The notes under the pieces were generated by a model. That model was not told the DNA's origin. It did no database searches and saw nothing but the letters and a program-made list of their open reading frames with translations. Shown here piece after piece: positions 51,845 to 64,000 of a stretch of DNA of 64,000 nucleotides; within the stretch, counting starts at the first letter, position 1; each line of letters opens with the position of its first letter. The stretch lies in assembly GCA_012295275.1 (NCBI GenBank), contig CM022679.1, forward strand, positions 29,636,001 through 29,700,000, given 5' to 3'. The stretch is from Chrysomallon squamiferum. Its lineage: Eukaryota > Animalia > Mollusca. Position numbers and translations under genes: made by a program.

Positions 51845-54800
51845 GTATGTGCTTGTTTTAATACTAAAACCCTTCTTCTTTTTCTTTTTTCTTTTTCAAT
51901 AACATAGCACATTGTAAAAAAAGAAAATTTGAAAAAGTAATAATAATAATAAAATTAATATAAGAATAAGTAAAAAAAAAGAAGAAGAAAATCACAGACG
52001 CCATACCTGTGTAATTTTTCTTTCAGCATGTTGTGAAATCTGATAGTTGCATTCGTGAGTGTGGCAGTACTTCTGTTACCAGGTTTATGACAAGTGCCTG
52101 TCTTTATGTTTATTAATATTATTTGATTTCAGTAGCTCTTTTGTGTAAAACATAAAAAATATCATACTTGACTGACAGTGTGTAGGATTAATCTTTCATT
52201 GTACTTAGGATTCTTTATTTCCTATTTCAGACATTTTTTTTGTTGGTATACTGAAGTCCATAGTTTGTAATGTATTGTGTTTGAAAATGGTTTTTAAAAA
52301 TCTCTTAAATGGTAAAAGTAAACTGTACATTCATTCATAAACAATTTTTATTGTGGTTGTTGCTATTATGAAATGGTGATCCCAATAATAGGAAATGTGA
52401 AATGAATTTGAATATGATCACGTTAGGCTAAAACTGTTATTTAAGCAGCCAAACACACAAAACACAATACAAGCACACACCATAACACCTTAAAACACCA
52501 TATTTTTCATGTACAGTTCATCACCCTCATCATCATCATTATTATTACAACCACTACCGAAGCTATCATCACTGATGTTGTTTGTTTTCCCATTATCAGT
52601 TCATTATAACACTTTGTAGAGTATATTTTTTGTCAATATTTTGAAAACTTACATTGTCTTTGGCACTGGCAAAAATACATTTACAGTGATACTTGTGTTC
52701 ATTTACCATTCGCTAATAACTTTTTGTGCAGTTCTTGTTGTTCGCTACACAAACTGTGTGATTAAAAGCTACTTACTTTTATTTATATCTGCACTGATTT
52801 ATGAAGTACGCTGATTAGTAAATGACTAGAATTTAGTTAGGCTGTGTTTCGATACGTTAAAGTAATCACAGGAAAGAAGAAATTCAAAGTTTGCTAATTA
52901 ACCAATTAATTAGTGATTTTTGTCATCATGTAATGCTTACTGTAATTAAAAAATCAGACAGATGGACAAATAAATACATTTGAAGGTAAAATAAAAATGA
53001 TTAGTACCTAGACGATAGTTGGTAATATTGCTGAGTTTTGTCGATGCAATCTTGTGCTGTTTATTTGGCAATGTTCTTTCAAGATGAAATCCTCTGCCTT
53101 TTAACCCAACTGATAGTTAATTGAATGTACATGTATGTTAACAGTGAAAAATGTATTTATTTTCATACGCTGCAGTGACTTTATCTTTTTGAAGCTTTCT
53201 TCCCACTGAATAAAAATTATTACAAGATCTGAATCCAATTAATTTTAATGATTTTGATATTCAATGTAAGAAAAGAAAAAAGAAAAAAGTAAAAAGATTT
53301 TTCATTATAATTATGTAATAGGACTGTTTTTTTTAATAATGAGTTGTTTATTGTTTTTTGTTTCTTTAAACATTTTTTATATAAGCAGTGTATTTAAGTG
53401 CTGTGAAATAACAGTATATTTGTAAAAGAAACGTAGTTATCTCTAATTGTGTGTTGATGCAACTAAAATAAATTTACCACTCACTGCATACAGATACATT
53501 AACTCATGTATTTGATTAGCTGATTAAATACATTCTATATCTGTGATAGACCTTTAAACACTCAAACAGAAATAGCAGGGTAAGAATCAAATATAAACAC
53601 ATATAATCTTCTTATGTGAAACCATCAGTCAAATATTCTATTAAACTTCATTCATGAAAAATCTTTAGGTTTAGGAATGTTTCATCAGACTTGTTAATAT
53701 CTGTTTTGGATATAAATGTTTAAAAATTTAAACTAAAATGTATGCCATTCTTTCTGTGATCTATTTTAAAAATAGTTTTTTTTTTTTTTTTTTAAAAAAA
53801 AAATTTTTGTTTTTTTAATATATTATTTACTTTAATATAATGATATGTGTCTAGCGATATTAGTATGATTCAGAACATTGAAACATTCAAGATCATCTGC
53901 TGCTATGAACTTTAAAAAAAAAATATATATACATACATAATAAGAAACCATACTCTTGATAAAAATGTAGGATGGTTGGTGTAGGCAGCAGAAAAGCTAG
54001 GATGGCGTTTTGGGTGAAAATGTGTAAAAACTTCTAAAGAGTTTTTAAAGGGAGGGAAGGGCTTACCAGAGCAGTCCTGTTATTACTGGACGAAATCTGA
54101 TCCTACAAATATTTTAAAACTTCCACCAGAAGATTATATTAATTCTTTGTTTACAATTGCATCTGATATTAAGATTAAAATTCTGTGCTGAAGAAATTAG
54201 ATCCTGCTACAGTTCGCACTTGCCAAAAATAAAAATAATTTATGTAATGCTCTATCAATATCTTTCTTTTGGATTAGTATTAGCAAATATTTAATACTAA
54301 AATAAAAAAAAAAAATTGACACCCTTTGGCAGCCTTCTTCAAAATCCTTCTTAAACAGATATTTAGGTAATACTCTATCAGTATCTTTCTTTTGGCAAAT
54401 ATTTAATTAATGTTTCTTGGAAAGAAGAAGAAAAGAAAAACTGATAGTACTGAACAACCCTTTGCAGTCTTTTTTTTTCTTCAAAATACTTCTATAAACA
54501 GATTTTGATAATGTTGTGTCATTAGCTACAAACTGTTTTAACTTTACATCTATAAAATAGAGTAAGTAAATAAAAATAACAATAATAATAAAAAAAAAAG
54601 TTTTGTAAACGTTTTTCGCATTGTTCACTTGACCTTGTGTGTGAAATCTTCATCCTGTACCTGATCTGACAGACTTGTCTGTTGTGATCATTTCAGTGCA
54701 AGTGAAAAAACAACAACAACTCTGCCACTGGTTATTTTCAGCAGCAGACAACTTAACAGTGTGCAAACAGTAATAATAATAAATTTTAAAAAGGAAGAAG

Positions 54801-56034
54801 GTAAAAAGTTAATCAGGTGTGAATATTGATAATGCCATCAATGCTGGAGATCAGATACTGACAAAATGTTTTTATTAGTTATATATTTTTAGCAACAAAA
54901 TAAATAAATGAATAAAAAAACAACAACAAACAAATAAATAAATAAATTAATATAATAATACTAAAACAGTAAGGATCAATTTTTTGGTTGTTATTTTGCA
55001 ATACACTATTTGAAAATGTTTGACATAAATGTTCATAGCACTGAATTTATTGTTAGATACTTCAGTGTTATAATTATTGATGTCTGTTTAAGGTTTAAGA
55101 TCAGCAAGGTCACAATCAATGTGTGAAGGTCATAATGGACACCTGCATACTTTCTAGATTTTGTTGTTAAATATTTCTTGTTATGTTTCCACTTTTTTTT
55201 GTGTGTATTGAAAACAAAACTAAACATACTGTGTGAATTTTTCAAGATTCTGACATTGAAAACTGAACTTAATTCATAGGGAATTTTTTTATTGTTTTTT
55301 TTTTTTTTTTTTTTGCTTAATTCAAGGACATAGTCACAGAAACCTGGAAGTCTTCTGAAGGTCATAACTGTAAATAATCTTGATTAGTTTCAAGATTTCT
55401 GAATCATAATACCATCATATCATTGTATTAATATCAGTTGTAACTGACGGCTGTAATTAAATATATCTGGCATTAATTTCATTATTCTGTTTTCGTAGTT
55501 GTGAGTACTCAACGGTTATATTTAGGGATGCCGTGAACGTTTTTCAGGTTTGGATATAAATTCTAACCACAACAGATTTTCAACAAGTTGTTTGGAGGTG
55601 ATAGTTACAGATAGATGATGATGCTGCATATTTATGCTTGAATCTTCTTCGAACTGAGTTCAGAGCTTTTTATTCTCATGCTTTGGATAAGTAGCATTTT
55701 TCTGAGACTGGAAAGTACCATTGGTGTTGGAGTATTGTATTTCACTGATGGGCCTACCACATGACAAAACACAGTTAACTGAAGTACTTGAGCTTGTGCA
55801 TCCAGTGCAGTATTTTTCTTAGTGGTTGTAAAAATTTGTGCTTGCTTTTTATTATAATTTTAACCCTGCCATCATATGATGTACTTGATTTTTTTTAAAC
55901 AAAATGCTTTAAAGTGTCAGTCACTTAAAAGAACCGAAATGATAGATTTTAACAATGTAAGCTAAAATTTATCATTTTGTAACAGTATATATATATTATT
56001 AGTATTATTCTTATTTTTAACAAATTTTATTTAA

Positions 56035-56067
<33 letters not shown>

Positions 56068-58436
56068 TATATATATATATATAGATGTGTATATGTGTTA
56101 GCAAACATTGTGGATCATATTTATTAGTTTGAAAAATATTAGCATTCATGAAGTTGTTTTTTTTACTGTTAAAAATATTGTGTATTTGTTTAAAAATTAT
56201 AAATACAGTGATAATTTCTACATTTTGGATATAGCAGATAAAATGTATGAAAAAGGTTTTTGATAACAAAACAAAAAGATACATATAAATCAGACAAAAC
56301 TAAGAATATATGCAGTATGTTCATTGTTTGTTACAAAGGTTAGTATTTTAAAAATTAAATGGGTAAAATATGTCTGTTTGATGTTTCTACAAATTCATAA
56401 TGATTCATTACTTCATTGCCATATATATCTGTTACTAGGGATTTACGAAAAAAAGAGAAAAAGTCAGATATATTTTTATATATGAACGAAAGTGAGAGAA
56501 AAACATATACTCTAAGAAGTGTACATAAAATATAAAATATTAATGGGTTTTTTAAATTTATTTATATCACAGTGGGTTGATTAAAAAAGATAATAAAAAA
56601 CAATTGACATACTTAGATTACATTACAGCTATTATTGTTGAATGTAAATCTCACCCAACTAATAGAATTAATGTAATAAAATCTCTTCAGCACTTTTATC
56701 TGCTGCTTTTTTCCAGTTGTGTATTAAATTTATCTTTAAAAAAACAAAACAAAAAACCAAACACAAATGGTTATTGATTTTAAAATAAATGTCAGTGACA
56801 GAAAACTGATACATGTCATACAAGCTGTTTTGTGACTCGCCAGACTCAGATGGTGCAGTATGCAAAACAAAAACTTAGTATTTTAACTGACTTGTTGTTT
56901 GTTTGTTTGTTAAAAAATCACACTTGTTTTAACTCCTCTGTCGATGTTCTTTTATATGTGTTTCTGGCTAAGAAGCAGGAAAACTTTCTCCAATTAACTG
57001 AAAACATTTGACCGATATTGTGGCAGCGGCATTTATTTAAAATCGGTGTCTTGATTGAAATGTAAGCAAGGTAAGTAATCACTTGCTGGAGAGCGTGCGT
57101 AGACATAACAGTTACTTAATGTGACAGAAGGTGTATTACGTTAAGACTGCGATAAGAGCAGTTATACCAGCTTCGTGTAGCAGCCATGATACACCTGTCA
57201 GGAGGTATCTGGGATCTAGTCTGACAAGGTGCTGCAGAAAGCGATTGCACTGTTAATTAATGAAGATTGCTGTACTCAGAAAACCTGCGACTTGACGCAG
57301 TGGAACTGCTCGTTTGTGACATGATGTACTGAATTGGTTGAGCACAGATAAAACTTGTGGAAAGGAATTTCAAAACAACAGGAAGGGGTTATTCCTGACT
57401 CACCGAAAATTATTTATTTTTAATGGAATTTGAAGAAAAAAACAAGATAATTTTGTAGCCTAGCTTGAAATAGAGTTTGGTTTTTGTTTTAGACTTTTGG
57501 AAATATGAACAGTAATGCTTTAAAATGGAATACATCTAAAAAAAAATAATTTTTTTTAATAAATAACAAAATAATAATAATAATAATAATAATAAATTAA
57601 AAAGATTGAGAGAAGGGAGAAGAAATGGGAAAGGCATTATTACAGATCCCTAACGATTATAAACTGAATTCTTTTTAATACAGAATATCTCTTTAAATTG
57701 ATACCTGTACATAAATAAGAGAGATTACTTCTGACAGGGTGGCAAACAGGCACCATTAAAACACAGCCTCTTCGAGATCACGTTATGTGAACAAAATGTG
57801 GCATTACTAATTATCTACAGCATAAGTTGTTGCATCAGCAAAGTAATAGCCGAGTCTGTTACTAATAGCCAGGCACAGAACTTGTCAGTGCTGGTATGTT
57901 AGCAGGTGAAAAGCCTTTGCAGACACCAGCAATAATTCTGAACAGATGTGAACACACAGGCACATCATACAGATACTCTGTATCATTTTATTTTATTTTA
58001 TTTTATTTTAAAAAACATTTTAAATTCCGATGGTTGCCATTAATGTTGTGTAAAAATTTGTCCTTGTTTTAATTAGACTTCTACATGTTTTTATAGTTTT
58101 TCATGTCTTTAAACCGTGATTATGTAAAATAAAAATTTGATATTATTCTGGTCCTTTGTATATATACTGTAATTATGACAGCTATACACATGATATCTTT
58201 ATTTTTCAAGTTTTGCTGTTGTTATTGATTACAGTGTATACTAAATACATAGCTGATTCAAAAAAAATTCATTTTCAAATTGTTTTATTATGATCTCTGC
58301 TGTCAATATAATTATCTTTATTTTATTTTATTTTATTTTATTTTATTTTTTTTTTGATGTTTTGCAGTTTGTGTGCTTTTATCTATGCATGTAATGTAAC
58401 ATTTGTTTAGAAGATCAATTTATAAACTAAATAGAA

Positions 58437-58494
<58 letters not shown>

Positions 58495-61400
58495 GAGACT
58501 TTTATGATAAAGAGTGCAGTAGAAGCTTTGAAGTAAATTCACAAGGTTGAAAAATATTGCTGAATGGTGGAAAAATGATATCAAATAATATATTTTTGCT
58601 TTAAGCAAATAATTATACAAAAAATACAAATAAAACTTAACCTATTTATAAAACTGTATAGATGAAATGGACAAACAAGTTACCAAAATATAGAAAAAAA
58701 ATTAAAATTGTTACGTCATCTTAAAATAATTTTTTTCAAATTTATAATGTCAGATTTGATGTTTTTTAATTTTTAAAACTCATTATGACTGAAGCCATTT
58801 TAAAAAAAATATGATAGCCTTTGTGTAAAGAATTTAATTTTTAATATTTAAAAAAAAAAAAAAAAAAAAAAATCTTTTCATTGTTTTTTTTTTTTTTTTT
58901 AACATTTACCTCAAATAGATGAATAGAAATTTTATTTAAAAATATTAATTTGAAAAAAGAAAAGAAAAAAATGATATTAGGCTGCATAATGAAAAAAATT
59001 CAAAGAGGTTATTTTAGTATCTGGTATTGTATGTTTGAACATTAATATCTTTTTTGTAACTTAGAACAGTCTGATAGATTAAAATTTACAAAAAGTACAT
59101 AAAAAAAGGAAATATTTTTGAACTGAAACATAATCTGCTGTCATTTGTCTTTGAAACAGATACAATCAGTTCAAATGAATTTCCATCCAGAATAGTTTTT
59201 ATAAATCAATTTGCTTTGTGTAAACTTGAATTTTATGAATATTTTCTACTTCAGGTAAGTTTAATTATTTTCTACTATTATATATTAAAAAATAATAATA
59301 ATAAATAAATATAGAACAAAATATAAGAAAAATGTATTTTTCCTTTTTAATTATTACAGTGGTGTTAGTTTTACTGTATAAAATAACAGAAGAGTAAGAA
59401 TAAAATAACATGAAACTGATGCACTTTGCTTGGTGTTTTTACCATCGACTTTTATTATTCTCTTACTTTGATATGAAACGAAAGCAGTAAAGCACATTAA
59501 CTTGCAGCGATTGTGATGTATTGTGAAAACAAAGACTTGTGTTTCTATTTTATTTGTATTTCTTGGTTCACCAGCCTGCGAGGTATATCAGCTTACTCAG
59601 AAGTACCATTTCTTTTTTCTTTGAAAACTTTAAACTGCTGCTGCTGAGGTTTTAAAAAACTTGCCTATCCAAAATGCACACATATACACTGAGACATACT
59701 CACACTCACATATATGTTTTGACAAATATACACTGAATCACATATATATATATATATATATATTTCTGTAAATATTTTATGCATTTATTATCACTAATCG
59801 TCATACAGACAGTACATACATGCATGTAGATCATGTTAAGTGTTATTTTAACCTTTCCAGCGGTACATGTAATTTAAATTAAACAATTAGCCTTGAGCAT
59901 TATGTAATAAATTTAAAGAAAGTCTTAAAAGGCGTTACCATCAGGTGACCCTCTGCAGTGCTGTGTTCGTACAGTTTGACTTGTACTGTGTGAACCCAGT
60001 TTTTGTCTTCTTCGACAAGTAACGTGATTCTAGCTGATTTTTTTTTTATTTAAGTTTTATCTTTTACTAATTTTTTGTTAAAAAAGTAAAAAAAATGAAT
60101 AAACAACTTCTGACAGGTGTATTAAGGACTTCAGAATGTTTTTTGTTTAAATCTTCAAAAATTCGATTTTGACATAAGACTTCCACGAAAGTCATACTTC
60201 TCTTGATTTGTTGAATGTTTTTAAAAAAATGAATCTAGTTACTCATGCAGCATAATGTATGTGCTTCTGTTTTTTCAATTAGCCTAACGGTAATTGCGTG
60301 AAACAGATAATTTTTCTATGGAGCAGCATTGAATTTAATAAGCATTGCATTTAAGTATGAGAATATTCAAGAAAATTGACATCTCTTGTGCATAGTAATT
60401 TCAGAACAGAAAAGTTTTCTCAAATGTTCATTTGTTTTTAAAAGATAATTTGTGAAGTTGTTGATGGGTAACTATGCATGAGAATACCGTTAAAAATGAA
60501 ATACTTTATTAAATGTAACATTGATTTAACTTTCAACACATACCCTAAAAACAAAAACAAAAAAGAAACACACAACTATCAAGAAAAACAAGACAACCCC
60601 CCACCAAAAAACCCACCAACTACCAATAACTTGAGAATTTTTTAATATTCTTTAGCAGTTACCTTGCTATTTTTTTTTATTTTTTTTTTCTCTCTGTCAA
60701 GAATTCTAGCCTCACAGAAAAAAGTAGGTAATTAACCTTGGGATTTCTGTTACAATAATCTTTTACTTCTCGAACAAGTCATTTTAATGCTTGCAACATT
60801 GGTGTTTGTACCAGGAAATGTTGAGGTTTTTTTTTTCTTTTCTTACTTTTCCAGCAAACTTTCCTTTTGGTTAAGAGCAGGTTATAGCTCATTAACTATT
60901 TTTATTTGATGGTTGCAGAATTAAGGATCAGTTCTTCCTTCATGCTGTCACTGAACTTTTTCCTATTCTGACCATTGCCATGATGCTTATATACTGTAAA
61001 AATACTTGATATTTGTTTTTATTCTTGAAGAAAGAGAAATGCACTAATGATACTGTTATTTTTAAACAAGCAGCATAATAATATTCACTTATTATTTTTA
61101 ATGTTCAGTATATATAGACTACCTTTCTGAACCTCCCAGAAACAATTCAATTTAAAATACATTATTAAGCAAAAAATACATAATTATTCATTTCTTTAGT
61201 TAGTGTTGTACTGTGCAGTCGATCACTGCAACAAACCATTAAAAGATAAATCAACAGTTCAAAACAAAAACAATTATTTATCATCTAGTCTTTTCTGAAA
61301 AAGAAAGAAAACTTATTTTATGTCTTCAGCTCAACAAGTTTCTTACTTTCACCTGTTCAGTAGAGACAGGTTGCAGTTTTTAAAAGATTTCTTTTTGCCA

Positions 61401-63291
61401 AGTGTATAAAATATGTATATTCGAAAGAATAAGTAACTGCAACAGTTGTCAGAAAATTACCAGCGAGGCCACGACAGAAAAACTATTCGGTTTTCACTCC
61501 AGCTCAACTGAGATTATTGATTGAAGTATTCCTTGTTATTTATTCTGTCTGCCTAATATATTACATGATGCAAATTAAAGATAAAATAATACACCATATA
61601 GAACTGTAACCTCAAATCTGACTCAGCAATAATGAAATTTACTTTTCAGAATGAAGTGAACTTCACTGGGTAAAATACTCCATTTGTCATAAAAGTGTGT
61701 TATTGTCAGGACTGAGTGATTTCTACATGTGAAGAAATTATTTCAGATTACCAGAATTTGTCTCAGAATAGGCAAAGTTAGCGTAAGTGTTTGGAATTAT
61801 GTAAATTGTAATAGAAGTTTAGACTGTTGTTTTACAGGTGGAAGGGTTTAGCTCATGTAGATGATTTGAAGAATACGTGTATGTTTCTCATCACTCTAAT
61901 TCACTTGTGCTGGACCATTAGCTCTGTTGCATGCTTGAATTTAGTGATGTACTGGCACATAATGACTTCACTGTTAAATACCAGTAAGTGTGCATGTGTG
62001 TATGTGTGTGTGTCTATGTAGATTATCATGTGTGTTAGTATGTGTGTTAGTATGTGTGTGTGTGTGTGTGCAGTATGTTATTGTATGTGTGTACATGTTT
62101 TTACGTATATTTGTGAGTGAACGTGTTCGTGTTCATGTATGTATGTTTTGTGTGTATATAACATACGTATATGTATTTATTTGATAACCTCTTTACTCAG
62201 TATACGGTCTTTGTTTCAGTGTATGCACAAGATATTTTTCTGTTACTGCATGACAGCTGTATATGTGATAAAGAAATGAAGCACATTATCCTGATGGTCA
62301 ATATAATAACAACAAGAAACTGATATTCTGGAACATATGAAAATAAATAAATAAATAAATAAATAATAACAATATTGTTGGTGAATAATAATTTACTATC
62401 CTGTGCTCAAAGCCTGTATTGGTTATAGCCGTCAGATAATGTATTTTGTAAAGTGGATTACTTCTTAATGAATTTATCCCACAGAAATGAATTCATAAAA
62501 TAGTTTTTATTGTTTTGATATACCCAAATTATTTATCTCATCTGTTGTCCATTAGTTCTTAATATGTATTGACAAATATGTGTAAACTGTAGTGATAGAT
62601 TAAAATTGTTATTTTTTGCATTTACTGACAGCTGTAAAAATTTACAAGAATATATTATATACATATATATAAATTTATATAAACAAGAATTTTTATGCAG
62701 CCATAGTTCATAACAGCTATAAAAATATTTACATAAAAACGTGATGTTACAGTGAAATCCACATTTTTGTCATTAACCCAGTGTCTGAATCTTACTGTGT
62801 AATAAACTATATTTTTGTATTATTTCAAAAAGCACAATACATTTCCCATTTCTCACTTGCTATCGGTAAAAACTTGATGGATTTAATGAATCCCCCATTT
62901 CTCATTTTACCTGCAGCTCGGAGATATTTATGTGCTAGAGATGCGTGTTTGAAGAGCACGCCAGTGCTTGTTTCAGTGTAGGTCGTCCTGAATATGTTTG
63001 TGTGCATAACTCAAACCGAGAGCAGATGCTGTGTGATAACCTCCCTCTCCCCACCTCCAGACAGTCGCACAGTGTTTGTGATGCATAATTAGCTTGTTGT
63101 TTTTTTCACCCCTTCGTGCCCCACGCATGTTGAATAAGACAATGTATTCCACAAACTAAGACACCCAGTGGGGTGAATTGTTTTGTTTTTTTATAGTTTT
63201 ATGTTTTTTCCTGAAAAGTTACTTTTGATGTGAATCAGCTGAGAATTCAGGGAAACACATCACAGTTCATGTGTTAGTCATTTGGAATGTT

Positions 63292-63327
<36 letters not shown>

Positions 63328-64000
63328 CTCTTACCCAGTTTTTGTCTTCACCAATGTGTTATTCCGTGTTACTGATTGATGCCGGGGAAAATGTTGCCAT
63401 CCTTGCAGAATACCTTTGCTTTTGAACTGAGAGATTTATGATAATTTGCCTTCTTTTCCTCAACCATTGTTTTACCTTGCAGACGAAATAACAAAAGATG
63501 CAGTTTAGCCTGCCTGCCTGCCTGTTGCATACACATACGTGCAGCTTATTGTTCTCTGTGTTTATTTTTAACTGCTGCTGTGCATGTAGGTGTCACTGCA
63601 GGTTGTTTCTGGCTTTTTTATTTATTATTACGTTTCCATTACCATTAACCTACATCACTGGGATATAACCATTTTTTTTCATTTCTGTCATGTCTAGTAC
63701 TCCCTAGAGAGTTCACTGATCTAGGTGATGAATCTAGAAAGAAATGACATTGAATGACCTTCAAGACTTTTATCGATTATTGACCTTGAAATTGTCACTG
63801 AAGGTTGTGAAAATGGTAAATTATGTGAAATTTTCTTTCAAGCAAATGTTTACTCAGTGTAGAAAATTATATCATTTATTTCTTTGATGTTTGTTTTCGA
63901 GAAGACCTTTAGATACCACCTAAAAATCATGAAAAGTATTTATACGGAATAGTGGTTTGACAGTTCACATACACTGCAGTATTGAAGTAATTCGAGCCAT

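Noticed and set aside
54244-54410. Short duplication taat(g/a)ctctatca(a/g)tatctttcttttgg about 125 bp apart
   Set aside because: Two short copies with no link to an identifiable exon; ordinary local duplication.
1-64000. tRNA, rRNA or snoRNA genes
   Set aside because: None recognisable by eye; tRNAscan-SE and Infernal/Rfam would be needed to exclude them.

Overview
AT-rich, microsatellite-rich animal genomic DNA (invertebrate; mollusc/lophotrochozoan-like is my inference). Four spliced protein-coding genes could be built exon by exon: the 3' part of TMF1 (+, 838-11167), ATP synthase subunit d ATP5PD (-, 14857-16647), a KCTD2/5/17-family BTB gene (+, 16896-21869; head-to-head with ATP5PD, 248 bp between ATGs) and PDPK1 (-, 35000-~45966; one U12-type intron). 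A decayed Tigger/pogo DNA transposon with TIRs lies at 48965-50163, and there are probable non-coding 5' exons of a fifth gene divergent from PDPK1. Most ORF-track entries are microsatellite noise. The main unexplained structure is about ten unrelated tandem arrays (units ~20-108 bp) that each copy a real splice junction (donor or acceptor, usually with some exon bases, once a U12 branch point) and extend only into the intron, with the functional site as the exon-proximal copy. Several exons next to these arrays are scrambled with repeat sequence, which suggests a merged consensus of haplotypes differing in array length. All coordinates were counted by eye.
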